64,000 nt of DNA from Elusimicrobiota bacterium (GTDB lineage: Bacteria; Elusimicrobiota; Elusimicrobia; UBA1565; UBA9628), in NCBI GenBank assembly GCA_033875325.1, contig JANRKA010000071.1:73371-137370 (forward strand). The letters run 5' to 3'. Both the position numbers and the translations under genes were made by a program. Of the stretch, positions 8,830-18,284 are shown piece by piece. The number at the start of each line of letters is the position of its first letter. Position 1 is the first letter of the stretch. Below the pieces are notes generated by a model, which worked only from the letters and a program-made list of their open reading frames with translations, was not told the origin of the DNA and did not search any database.

Positions 8830-11800
8830 CACATTTTCGACTGCGAGGGCGCTCGCGCTGTCCATTGCCAGTTCCCTGGCGTGGCTCTATTCGGTGTGCG
8901 CGCTCCAAGCCGCGCTTTGGCGTGAGGGGGGGCTCTCCAGTCATGATTTTGGCCTCGGAACCATAATTCTTGGGTGGATCGCGTCTATCGGTTGGATGGC
9001 TTTCGCTTGTTATCCAATGGCCCGGCGCTTCTTAAAGTCTGCAAGTACGGCTGGCTTTCTGCTTGGCGGAGTTCTGTCAATCCCAATCGCGTTGCTGCTC
9101 GCGGTAGCCGGCGAAATGGTCTTCGGTGGAACCGGGTTGTGGTTGCCTATAACACAAGGGTTTGAAGCCGTCTTTTTCATTCTCAGCGTTGGCGGCACTA
9201 TTCCTGAGGGCCGTGCCGGGACCGCAGCGTTACTGGGGGTCTGCTGGACTGCGGTTCTCGTGGGGAGCCTGGCCGGTTTCTTTATTACCCGCAGGCGTAT
9301 TGCCGCCCTTGCCATGCTGATAGCAGCCGTATTGCCGACTTCGCCTAATAAAGCTCATGCGTACTCCGAAGGAATACATACCGAGTTCCTTACTCAAGAC
9401 GCCGCAGCCCTGTTGCACTCCAGTGCGCAGCAGCGTTATGGAGAGCTGATATTAAAAACGCCCCGTATGAATCTGGGCACCGTACAAGAAGATACGGGCA
9501 CCCAGGTTCGCAATCACTTCTATCGTCCTTCGGATCAATCCGGGATATTCCTTTTTCAGAGCGCGCGCGCCAAGTTGGAAACGCAGCAGATTTATCAGAA
9601 CGCGGTCACACAGTATAGAGCCGGTAACAAGGATCTCGCTTATAAGACCTTCGGCCATGTTCTTCACTTGGTGTCGCAAGACATGTATTCCGCGCCGCAC
9701 GCCCACAATGACGTCCACTTTACTTTGGAAGGTTTTGGCGGCCCTACCTTCGCTCCAAACTCTTATGAGACATGGACCACTGTCCATATAAACGATATCC
9801 GGGCTAGCCCGCTGCATAGGGCCAACTCTGTTCCCGAAGTATCAGGCACGATCGGGGACATTCTTGATTCGAATGCTCAGGTCACGTACAGAGCGACAAG
9901 GATTATGGGTAACGTGCAGCCTAATACTTCGACTCCGGCAACTGGCGAAATCGCCAACATGTTCCCGCCAACTCACAATCAGAGGATTATTTACATACCG
10001 CTTGCGCGGTGCGCGGTTCAGGATGGTTCGAGTTGCCTCGTGTGGGAGGCCAAATGGGAATTGACCGGCGTGGGTGACTGCTTTGAGTTCACGGGATGCG
10101 CTGCTGCCCCGGGGGCTGGAGACGAGTGGTGGATTACGCAGAACTTCCCTAGCGATCCGCCTGGCGCGCGCTTCTTCTACATTGAGGACTCTGCTGTCGC
10201 GCGCCCAGCGAACTACCGGGGGATGGATTCCGGCAACAGGGTCCTCGCGGAGTTGTGGGCTCTTGGACATCCAGGAGTTGGCGGCATCGCAGGGGAACAA
10301 TTGATAGCGAAAGGACAAGCGGCATCCGCGGCGCTGATGCGGTATTTTGCGCAAGCAGTTGACGGACTCGAGCCCAAGATTGAACTGCATCGTGGTGATC
10401 AGCAAGGGGCACTGATTGAAGGCGCGCTCATTCCAAATAACGGCTTTACGAACGCTTCGAAGGTTTTCATTCATGTTACCGATCCGAGATCTTTAGCCTA
10501 CCCTGCACCGTCAGGAGTATTCCGCCTGGTCTTGAAGAAGACCGATGCTCCGCAATCGGAGTCCCCAGTCGAATTTGCCTTGGGCAATGATGAAGAGAGC
10601 CATCTTTTCGAAAATTTGACCCCTGGTCAGTATGAAGTTGAGGCATTCGACGGCCTGGGAAATAGGAGTTTGGCTCGGTTTCGCATAGTCACTACTCCGC
10701 CAACACTGTTGCTCGTGAATGAGTACGGCGAGCGGATGGATCATGGTTCATATAGCGATAGTGCCCTTATTACTATAGCCGCCGCTCATAATCCCGCGCC
10801 TGTAAAGTCTCTCGAGTTTTTCGTCGGCAATGCCCCTGCTGGGAGCATGCCTGTCCCGGAAGGCAAAGTAGATATCTCAATCACTCGAAGGTTCTCCGGA
10901 GATTCTTGGCACTATGTGCGTGCCTGTGATGTCGCATTGAACTGCGTATACAGCCTATTCGGCGTGTTCCCGCCTGGAACGACGCCGCCCAATCCTCCGG
11001 GACCGCCTCCGTCGCCTGGGTCGGGTGGTACACAAAGGCCTAACCCCAAGCCCGGGCAGCCATTGCCTCCTCCGGACGACCCGGACAATCCGCCGCCTCC
11101 GCCGACTCCCAGTCCGCCTGGGCCGCCGACGCCTCCCGTATGCAAGGGTGAGGGTTGCTTGAATGAGCCTCCGGCCGAGGACCCACCATGGGATCCTGAG
11201 CCAAAGGTTCCCAAGTTCTGCCAGCGGACGCCGCAGAACTGCAACATCCCCATAGCATTCCCGCATGATCCGAACGCGAAGTATGGGCCCAGCGGCTCGG
11301 TGGTGCCGGGACAGTTGATGACCTATACCATCGAGTTCGAGAACGAGGGAGACGGCACGGCGCTCGGGACCTATGTTCGCGACCCCTTGGACCCCGCTCT
11401 CGATGAGACGACCTTGGTCCTACGGGACATGCGCCGTGTCAACTTCTTGACCGAGGTTGAGACGTCGGCGAACTTCCCCTGGTCTTTTGACCCCCGTACC
11501 CGTGTCGTCACCCTGCAGACAGGCGACGCGGAGTCGAGAGAGGGAGGTCGTTTTATCCTGGAGGCGCGGCTGAAGTCAGACACCACTCCAGGCACGATTA
11601 TCGGCAATCAGGCGATCGTCTACTTCCCTACTGTTCTGGAGGTCACTCCGACCAACTCGATCGTGTCGGCGGTTCCGTTTGCCAGCCAGTTGATTTATGA
11701 GGGAGCCTCCAGTGCCACTTATCTCGCTACGACTCGCTTTGCGGCACGCCTCACGGCGGGAGGGAAGCCGCTGGTGGCGCAGCCTGTCGAGTTCCTGCTG

Positions 11801-14800
11801 GCCGGCTCGTCATGGACCGGAGTGACCGACGCAAGCGGAGTGGCGGCCATTTCAACAGCCATCGCCGTTCTGCCCGGTGTCTATAGCCTGCAAGTGCGCT
11901 ACGCGGGAGACGGCTTCCTCTACCTGGCTCAAGAGACGAGCAACGAGTTCGTGATAGAAAAGAGGCGTGTGCGCGTGGATGCCCCCTTCGCCGCCGCTCG
12001 ATCGACGGAAACGGCTCGGGTGGTCGTTGTTGTGACGGACGACGAGGGGCACCCCTTGAGCGCCCAGGCCGATGATCCTAAGACGATCCATTTGGAACTC
12101 CTGAGTGGGGAAGCCGTGACGCCGTTGGCGACAGAGCTTCTCTCCGGTACGTCTGTCTCTTTCGCGATTACTCTGCCGCAGCCGCTCAAGATCAATTGGT
12201 CTGTGCGGACTCGCTTCGACGGCGATATGCGCTATGCCTCTGCGGTCAGCACCGGCGTTTTGCGGCTCGTGGACGAGACCCTGCCCACAATAACCATTCA
12301 TTCACCCACGGGGGGGCAGGTTTACGCCAGTTCTCAGCTGATCCCGATAGATTTTTCGACTCAGGATAGCGAGGATCCCACGCCCGCGTCTGTCGGTATT
12401 CTGACTTCTAGCGCTGGTTTCAGCGTGCCGGTCGCTGATGGCGACTCAGTAGCGGTGTCATCGCTCAGTCCAGGTCAGTGGTCGCTTCGGGTGCAGGCCA
12501 CGGATTGGGCGGGTAACCAGGCTGAGACGCAAGGCGAGATCTTCCGGGTTCTCGCGGTGTCGGACAACTTGGCACCGCGCACAAACCTGAACGTCGGCGG
12601 TCCCCAATTCGGTACTACCACGATCTTCATTACGACGACTACGCTCATTGGATTCTCCGCGAGCGACGACCTGACAACGGTCGGAGACGGCATCGGTGCC
12701 GGTGTTGAGCGCACAGAGTATTCTTTGGACGGGGGCACTTCAGCGGTTTTCGTTGAAGACTTCGCCGTCTCTACCGAGGGCGCGCACAGCCTGAGCTTTT
12801 TTAGCGCCGATTTCGCGGGTAACATCGAAGCACCGCAGGTGCGCGCGCTGTTCGTGGACACGACCTCTCCCATTACGAGACTCCTTGTCGGCGGTTTGCC
12901 CGTAGCGACCACCGACGTCACGCTGACGCCGACCGATGGGATATCCTTCTCCACCACGGATGCAGGCTCGGGCGTGGCGATAATCTTCTACGAAGTGGAC
13001 GGTGCGACAGCATCCACAATCACGGCCTCCGCCTTCACGTTAAGCGTGGGCACGCATTCGCTGAGCTTCTACAGCGTAGACAACCTCGGCAACACTGAGG
13101 CCGCCCAGACGGCGTTCCTCACGGTTCGTAATCCTCAGACGGATGTCGTTGCCCCGCTGGTCCGCCTGGACTTCCCAGGTACAACGGGGCGCGAGGTTGA
13201 GCAGGCCGTTGGCGGCATAGTGAGCGTGCGCGGCGCTGTCACGGATGAGAGCGGCGTTAACTGGGTGTTGGAAGCGGCTCCGGGCGCGGCAGCCTCCACG
13301 GGCTTTACGCAGATCGCCGCCGGCGGCGCGAATGTGACCGGCGTGCTCGCGGCCTGGAACACCGTGCCGCTTTCGGGACACTTCACTTTGCGCTTGAGAG
13401 CGGTTGACGTCTTCGACAACGCGTCCTCCGTCACGGCCGCGGTCTTCGTGGGTAAGCCGGTATTCAACTTCGCCATCGGCCGCAAGGACTCGCACGTCAT
13501 CGTCAACCAGCTCAAGAATCCCTCCGGCATCGCCGCGCGCCCCGACGGACTCATCTGGGTCTCGGTCGAGAATGACCGGCTGCTGCTGTTGAGCTCGACC
13601 GGTGCGGTAATCGCCCAGCTCGGCAGGCAGCACGGGCATGGACACGACGATGATGACGACGATGAAGATGATGACGAAGACGGCGGCGACGATGGCGACG
13701 GTTTGCGCTTCTCGAATCCGCGCGGCCTGGCCGTGGACGCTTCGCACAACCTCTACGTCGCAGATAAGGGCAGGAATCGCGTGCTCAAGCTCTCTCCGGA
13801 CGGCTCCCAGATTCTTCTCCAGCTCGCCCGCCTGGACCACCATGGTCGGCCCAAGTCCGGATCTGGTCCCGGTGAGTTCAAGAAGCCCTGGGACGTGGCC
13901 GTGGACGGCAACGGCGACATCTACGCGGCCGACTCGGGAAATGGGCGCATCCAGGTCTTCAACTCCTCCGGGACCTTCCTGCGCCAGTTCGGACAGGCCG
14001 TGCTGCGGCCGAAGACGGATGTGCGCGGTATCGCCCTCACAGGCGAAGGACTTTGGGTCTCGGACAAGGAGCAGGAGCGCGTCCATCTGTTCAGCCGCGC
14101 GGGCGTGCTCATCAAGTCCATCGGCGACGCTGACTCGGCGGTGGGCGAACTCTCGCGCATGCGCGGCCTGGCCTCGGATCACTTGGGCGCGCTCTACGTG
14201 GTGGAGCCCAACCGCGATCGCACGCAGAAGTTCGACCCCCAGGGCAAAGGCCTGCTCGCCTTCGGGACCAAAGATGGCCTGTCCCAGGCGGATAAGCAAG
14301 CCAAGCGCTACCTGACTCAGCCTATCGACGCGGCCGTAGCACCCGACGGCTCGATTTGGATCACGGACACCGGCCGCGACCGCATCGTGCGCTACGCCTT
14401 GCCCGTTTCGGGCGGCTACGGCGTGGCGGCCTACTCAACTGGCGGCGGTGAGGGAATCGCGTCGTCCTCCGTCGAGCCCGCCAAGCGCGTCGTGGACCAC
14501 AAGGACGGCGCCAAGGTCGAACGCGACGACGGGGCGGGTGTCATGGTTCCGAAGGGCGCGCTCTCGGCCGACCTCGAGATTACGGTCGATAAGGGCGACG
14601 AGAACGAGGACAAGGAGCAGAAGGAGGCCAAGCGCAAGGAGAAGAAGGTCGCGGCCGTATCGGAGGAGGTGCAATACGGCCCCGAGGGCACGACCTTCAG
14701 TACGCCGGTGACGCTGACCATCCCCTATGACCCGGCGCTCATCGCCTCGCGCGGCATCAAGGAGGAGAGCCTCAAGGTCTACTACTGGAATCCAACGCTC

Positions 14801-15244
14801 AAGGACTGGGAGGCCATGCCCTCGACGGTCGATAAGACCGCCAAGACGGTGAGCGCGCAGACTTCGCACTTCTCGTCTTATCAGATCGGGGGCTTGGGCG
14901 GCATCGGGGTGGCCGCTCTCGACGACTTCGGCCTGCGCGACGGCTATGCCTTCCCCAATCCTTCCCGCAACGGGGCGTCTGTCACCTTCCGGCTGCAGCC
15001 GGGTTCGGTGGACTCCATCGAGGTGCGCGTCTACGACGTGTCGGGCCGCAAGATCCACTCGTCCTCCGATTTCCGCTTCAGGGGCGCCATCGACGACGGC
15101 AACGGCAAGGGCGCGCAGAACACCTACGACCATATTTGGGACGTGTCGGGCGTCGGCTCGGGCGTCTACACCTACGTGATGACGGCCAAGAAGGCCGGAC
15201 AAACGGACATTCGCAAGACGGGGAAGGTCGGCGTCATTCGATAA
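8810..15244 (+). CDS. giant multidomain surface protein: N-terminal TM segments, zinc phospholipase C / S1-P1-like domain, Pro-rich linker, DUF11-like and Ig-like repeats, NHL beta-propeller, T9SS-type (FlgD-Ig-like) C-terminal sorting domain
   Basis: 2144 aa. NHFYRP...FGHVLHLVSQDMYSAPHAHND (PLC-like His/Asp ligands). Pro-rich approx 10970-11215. PHDPNAKYGPSGSVVPGQLMTYTIEFENEGDGTA. NHL units NPRGLAVDASHNLYVADKGRNRVLKL and PWDVAVDGNGDIYAADSGNGRIQVF. CTD YAFPNPSRNGASVTFRL...VRVYDVSGRKI...GVYTYVMTA. Confidence 0.8.
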   Translation: MGNTITDTFSTARALALSIASSLAWLYSVCALQAALWREGGLSSHDFGLGTIILGWIASIGWMAFACYPMARRFLKSASTAGFLLGGVLSIPIALLLAVAGEMVFGGTGLWLPITQGFEAVFFILSVGGTIPEGRAGTAALLGVCWTAVLVGSLAGFFITRRRIAALAMLIAAVLPTSPNKAHAYSEGIHTEFLTQDAAALLHSSAQQRYGELILKTPRMNLGTVQEDTGTQVRNHFYRPSDQSGIFLFQSARAKLETQQIYQNAVTQYRAGNKDLAYKTFGHVLHLVSQDMYSAPHAHNDVHFTLEGFGGPTFAPNSYETWTTVHINDIRASPLHRANSVPEVSGTIGDILDSNAQVTYRATRIMGNVQPNTSTPATGEIANMFPPTHNQRIIYIPLARCAVQDGSSCLVWEAKWELTGVGDCFEFTGCAAAPGAGDEWWITQNFPSDPPGARFFYIEDSAVARPANYRGMDSGNRVLAELWALGHPGVGGIAGEQLIAKGQAASAALMRYFAQAVDGLEPKIELHRGDQQGALIEGALIPNNGFTNASKVFIHVTDPRSLAYPAPSGVFRLVLKKTDAPQSESPVEFALGNDEESHLFENLTPGQYEVEAFDGLGNRSLARFRIVTTPPTLLLVNEYGERMDHGSYSDSALITIAAAHNPAPVKSLEFFVGNAPAGSMPVPEGKVDISITRRFSGDSWHYVRACDVALNCVYSLFGVFPPGTTPPNPPGPPPSPGSGGTQRPNPKPGQPLPPPDDPDNPPPPPTPSPPGPPTPPVCKGEGCLNEPPAEDPPWDPEPKVPKFCQRTPQNCNIPIAFPHDPNAKYGPSGSVVPGQLMTYTIEFENEGDGTALGTYVRDPLDPALDETTLVLRDMRRVNFLTEVETSANFPWSFDPRTRVVTLQTGDAESREGGRFILEARLKSDTTPGTIIGNQAIVYFPTVLEVTPTNSIVSAVPFASQLIYEGASSATYLATTRFAARLTAGGKPLVAQPVEFLLAGSSWTGVTDASGVAAISTAIAVLPGVYSLQVRYAGDGFLYLAQETSNEFVIEKRRVRVDAPFAAARSTETARVVVVVTDDEGHPLSAQADDPKTIHLELLSGEAVTPLATELLSGTSVSFAITLPQPLKINWSVRTRFDGDMRYASAVSTGVLRLVDETLPTITIHSPTGGQVYASSQLIPIDFSTQDSEDPTPASVGILTSSAGFSVPVADGDSVAVSSLSPGQWSLRVQATDWAGNQAETQGEIFRVLAVSDNLAPRTNLNVGGPQFGTTTIFITTTTLIGFSASDDLTTVGDGIGAGVERTEYSLDGGTSAVFVEDFAVSTEGAHSLSFFSADFAGNIEAPQVRALFVDTTSPITRLLVGGLPVATTDVTLTPTDGISFSTTDAGSGVAIIFYEVDGATASTITASAFTLSVGTHSLSFYSVDNLGNTEAAQTAFLTVRNPQTDVVAPLVRLDFPGTTGREVEQAVGGIVSVRGAVTDESGVNWVLEAAPGAAASTGFTQIAAGGANVTGVLAAWNTVPLSGHFTLRLRAVDVFDNASSVTAAVFVGKPVFNFAIGRKDSHVIVNQLKNPSGIAARPDGLIWVSVENDRLLLLSSTGAVIAQLGRQHGHGHDDDDDDEDDDEDGGDDGDGLRFSNPRGLAVDASHNLYVADKGRNRVLKLSPDGSQILLQLARLDHHGRPKSGSGPGEFKKPWDVAVDGNGDIYAADSGNGRIQVFNSSGTFLRQFGQAVLRPKTDVRGIALTGEGLWVSDKEQERVHLFSRAGVLIKSIGDADSAVGELSRMRGLASDHLGALYVVEPNRDRTQKFDPQGKGLLAFGTKDGLSQADKQAKRYLTQPIDAAVAPDGSIWITDTGRDRIVRYALPVSGGYGVAAYSTGGGEGIASSSVEPAKRVVDHKDGAKVERDDGAGVMVPKGALSADLEITVDKGDENEDKEQKEAKRKEKKVAAVSEEVQYGPEGTTFSTPVTLTIPYDPALIASRGIKEESLKVYYWNPTLKDWEAMPSTVDKTAKTVSAQTSHFSSYQIGGLGGIGVAALDDFGLRDGYAFPNPSRNGASVTFRLQPGSVDSIEVRVYDVSGRKIHSSSDFRFRGAIDDGNGKGAQNTYDHIWDVSGVGSGVYTYVMTAKKAGQTDIRKTGKVGVIR

Positions 15245-16150
15245 ATGAGAACTTTGCTTCTCGTCGCGACACTCGTGCTGGGCTCCCAGGCCGCCTGGGC
15301 GGCCGAGACGGCGGCTTTCCTCGATATCGGCGTGGGCGCGCGGGCGCTCGGCATGGGCGGCGCCTACACGGCGCTGGCTGATGACGCCAACGCGCTCTAC
15401 TGGAACCCGGCGGGGCTCTCGCGGCTTGAGAAACGCGAGTTCACGGCCAGCCACGCCGAGATGTTCGAGAGCACGCGCCATGACTTCCTGGCCTACGCGC
15501 ATCCCACGAGCCAGGGGACTTTCGCGGGCGGCCTGACATACTTGAGCCAGGGCAAGATCGACGGCCGCGACAGCCTGGGACGTCAGACGGCGGGCTACGA
15601 CGCCTCGGACGCGGCGCTCAGCCTCGCCTATGGGCGCAAGCTCGGCGTGGGGGATATCGGCGCGACGTTCAAATATCTGAGGAGCCATATCGGCTCGACC
15701 GAGGCTCAGGGCTTGGCCGCAGATGTGGGCGCCAAACGCGAGTTCGAAGGCGTCGGACCGGGCAAACTCGCCTTGGGTGCGGCGCTCAGAAACCTGGGCC
15801 CTGGGCTTAAGTTCCAAGACCAGCGCAACGACTTGCCGCTGCGGCTGGCTGTCGGGGCGGGTTATCGTTTCGCGGGTGGTCACGCGGCGGCGGCCGAGCT
15901 GGTCAACGGCCCTCGCGGCACTGGCACGGATGCCTCGTTCGGCGGAGAGTACCAGGCCATGAAGAATGTCTATCTGCGTGCGGGTTATACGACGCAGACG
16001 ACGATTACGGGCGGCTCCGGCTTCGATGCGGCACGGGGCCTCACTATGGGCCTTGGGTTCCGCGACGGCCGATGGGGTCTCGACTACGCCATCCTGCCCT
16101 CGGGCGAGTTGGGGCGCTCGCATCGGTTCAGTCTTAGCGCACGCTGGTAG
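15245..16150 (+). CDS. PorV/PorQ (UPF0164)-like outer-membrane beta-barrel protein
   Basis: ATG directly abuts the TAA of the giant CTD protein. Signal peptide, then GVGARALGMGGAYTALADDANALYWNPAGLSRL. Alternating beta-strand pattern with a C-terminal aromatic residue (...FSLSARW). Confidence 0.7.
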   Translation: MRTLLLVATLVLGSQAAWAAETAAFLDIGVGARALGMGGAYTALADDANALYWNPAGLSRLEKREFTASHAEMFESTRHDFLAYAHPTSQGTFAGGLTYLSQGKIDGRDSLGRQTAGYDASDAALSLAYGRKLGVGDIGATFKYLRSHIGSTEAQGLAADVGAKREFEGVGPGKLALGAALRNLGPGLKFQDQRNDLPLRLAVGAGYRFAGGHAAAAELVNGPRGTGTDASFGGEYQAMKNVYLRAGYTTQTTITGGSGFDAARGLTMGLGFRDGRWGLDYAILPSGELGRSHRFSLSARW

Positions 16151-16218
16151 CAGGGCGCGCGTAAGGCCCATCTATTCACGGACTTGAGATTCTTTGAGAA
16201 GCCCGTTACCCTTAAACG

Positions 16219-16680
16219 ATGGCGTTCTTCCTTTTGGTTGGGATGCTCTGGTTGCTAGGTGCGACATTCGCTGGCACCGAATTCCTACGGCGTGACGCAG
16301 ACTCCCTTGACCGGGAAGCGTGTGTTGCGGTTCTCTTCGTGACGTTCTGCGTATTCATTCCCACGATCGGCATGTACTTCATTGCGGGTGGCTTGGTGCC
16401 GATCTGGATGCATCCGGTGATGATGCTGGGTGGCGGGCTTTTCGGGTTGCTCCTGGGCAGCATCCACATAGCGTTTCATGCCGCACTGTTCTACGGGCTA
16501 TCCTGGTTGACCAATGCTTTAATTTTTGCAGCGATACCATCGGCCAGGGTGCGGAGAATCGTTCTCATCGGCTTGATGTGCTTCATAGCAGCCGCCTCGC
16601 TAGCTCCAATCTACTTTCCATTCTCGCACTCTAGCGGCAGTTGGACGAACCTGATTGGAGTCCTAGCTCGTGGATACTAG
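16219..16680 (+). CDS. small polytopic membrane protein
   Basis: 153 aa with about 5 hydrophobic segments. No family recognised. Confidence 0.5.
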   Translation: MAFFLLVGMLWLLGATFAGTEFLRRDADSLDREACVAVLFVTFCVFIPTIGMYFIAGGLVPIWMHPVMMLGGGLFGLLLGSIHIAFHAALFYGLSWLTNALIFAAIPSARVRRIVLIGLMCFIAAASLAPIYFPFSHSSGSWTNLIGVLARGY

Positions 16681-17755
16681 ACAAATCCGGTCCTACATGA
16701 TGCTCCTTATCATCCTGTTGGCATCCGTCCAAGCAGGCGCAGTGAGCCTCTCAAGTGAGGCGCGCCAGGCCTGCGCCACGGAGATCAGCGCGTTCTGCGG
16801 CGGACGCAAGGACTTGCGCGCGTGCTTGAGAGACCATGACGAAGGCCTCATGACGAAGTGCGCCGCCGTCCTGAACGGCCGTACTGGCGCGGCGTCGGCC
16901 GCGATAGCCGTTTCGAGTTCGCGTGCCGTCGTCGAGCCGCCGCCGGGGGGCGCGCCCGTGCCAGGCGTGTCGGGGGTTTGGTTTGAGGCGGGCTACTCGG
17001 GTCCCAAGGGCGAATTGCTTCCTGGGTTTCAAAAGGCGATTTCGGAGGCATTCCCAGGAGGCCTGCGGCGCGCCGCCGAGTTGCTCGGGCAACCCGAGTA
17101 TTCCTCCGGGTTTTCGCGGCCTCTCGTTCTGCGCATCGAGTACGACCCGACCCAGCAGAGGGGCTTGGCGGGCCTAGACGGTGCGCAGGACGCGAGCGGG
17201 CGCTTACGGCTTACCTTCAACATGGCGCATTGGGAGGACTGCCCCTCGCGCGACATCCTGCGCAGCGTGGTGACGCACGAAGTATCCCACGCGGTCCTGC
17301 ACGACCTTCTCGGCGAAAGACGGTTGGGGACGATTCCCCAGTGGTTCGACGAGGGACTCGCGATGCTGGCGGGCGGCGAGCCCGCGCGAAGCATCGCCAT
17401 GGACGCGGCTTACGCCCGCCATGGGAAAGACTACCCGGGATCCGTCCACTGCCCCTTCGTCAATGAGGCCTGGGGGCTGGTAGGGGGCGGGTTGCTGACG
17501 GAATGCTATCCCTTCTACCTTCTCGCGGTCGAGAAGCTCGCCGAGTCGTCTCCCGACGCGGTGCCGGGAATCATCAAGGACCTGCGCGTGGGCGTGCCGA
17601 TGGAAAACGCCGTCGCCGCGCGCGCCGGGCTGGGGTGGGGGCAATTTGCGGCCGAGGCGGTAGAGCGTTCGCGCCGCGTCATCGGCGGTAAGTCTTTCAT
17701 CAGCTTGGTCACGGGAAAGAATTGGTGGCGGCACGTCCGGTGGTGCCGCGGTTGA
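16670..17755 (+). CDS. secreted HExxH zinc-metallopeptidase-like protein with Cys-rich N-terminal segment
   Basis: Signal-like MMLLIILLASVQAGA. CATEISAFCGGRKDLRACL...KCAAVL. HEVSH motif in VVTHEVSHAVLHDL, followed by WFDEGLAMLAGG. Confidence 0.6.
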   Translation: MDTRQIRSYMMLLIILLASVQAGAVSLSSEARQACATEISAFCGGRKDLRACLRDHDEGLMTKCAAVLNGRTGAASAAIAVSSSRAVVEPPPGGAPVPGVSGVWFEAGYSGPKGELLPGFQKAISEAFPGGLRRAAELLGQPEYSSGFSRPLVLRIEYDPTQQRGLAGLDGAQDASGRLRLTFNMAHWEDCPSRDILRSVVTHEVSHAVLHDLLGERRLGTIPQWFDEGLAMLAGGEPARSIAMDAAYARHGKDYPGSVHCPFVNEAWGLVGGGLLTECYPFYLLAVEKLAESSPDAVPGIIKDLRVGVPMENAVAARAGLGWGQFAAEAVERSRRVIGGKSFISLVTGKNWWRHVRWCRG

Positions 17756-17775
17756 GCCAGGTACCAGTCTAGAAT

Positions 17776-18180
17776 CTATCGACGCAGAAGACGTCGCAGG
17801 CGCGCGAGTAGGATTTCGACTTCGAAAGGCTTGGTCAGGTAGTCGTCGGCGCCGGCGCTCAATGCCCTGACTTGGTCCTCGGTGCGCGTCCGGCCGCTGA
17901 CGATGAAGACTGGGATTGCCTTGGTGCGCGGATGTGCGCGTATCGCCTTCAGCAGATCCAGCCCGCTCAATCCGGGCAGATCCCAGTCGAGCAGCACGGC
18001 GTGGAAGTTCTCTTCGTTCAGCTTCCCGAGCGCTTCCTCCGCATTCCGGGTGAAGAGGCATGCGAACTCATCCTTGTGCCTCCGGAACAGGGACGTGTAG
18101 AACGTGCGCATGAGGTCGTCGTCTTCCACGATGATAAGGCGGTGGCGTAGTTCTGCGGCGGATTCGGCTTTATCGGTCAT
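17776..18180 (-). CDS. single-domain CheY-like response regulator
   Basis: IIVEDDDLMR...VLLDWDLPGLSGLDLLKAIR...PVFIVSG...GADDYLTKPF. 134 aa with no output domain. Confidence 0.85.
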   Translation of the reverse strand: MTDKAESAAELRHRLIIVEDDDLMRTFYTSLFRRHKDEFACLFTRNAEEALGKLNEENFHAVLLDWDLPGLSGLDLLKAIRAHPRTKAIPVFIVSGRTRTEDQVRALSAGADDYLTKPFEVEILLARLRRLLRR

Positions 18181-18284
18181 CTGGGCACCTCGCGCTCATA
18201 GGCATCAATTTATGTGCCGTTGGATGGGCCTTTAGGTCCTAGGGCAGGGCCTACTCGACGGGGGCCATATGCCCCTGAAAGCGC

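Noticed and set aside
14435-16171. Long antisense ORFs in the track (for example 14435..16171 -, 3740..4957 -, 13040..14299 -, 25403..27037 +, 33028..34806 -, 51515..52963 +, 53489..54649 +)
   Set aside because: They lie opposite ORFs with clear domain signatures. They are Arg/Ala/Gly/Pro-rich with no motifs, and they are the expected stop-codon-poor shadows of high-G+C coding DNA.
18199-18218. Possible sigma-54 promoter (minus strand CGGCAC-ATAAA-TTGAT) near the sigma-54 module and peptide cluster
   Set aside because: The -12 element reads GA rather than the near-invariant GC. The paralogous site at 26889-26905 lacks the -24 GG. It is better explained as a -10-like AT-rich box.
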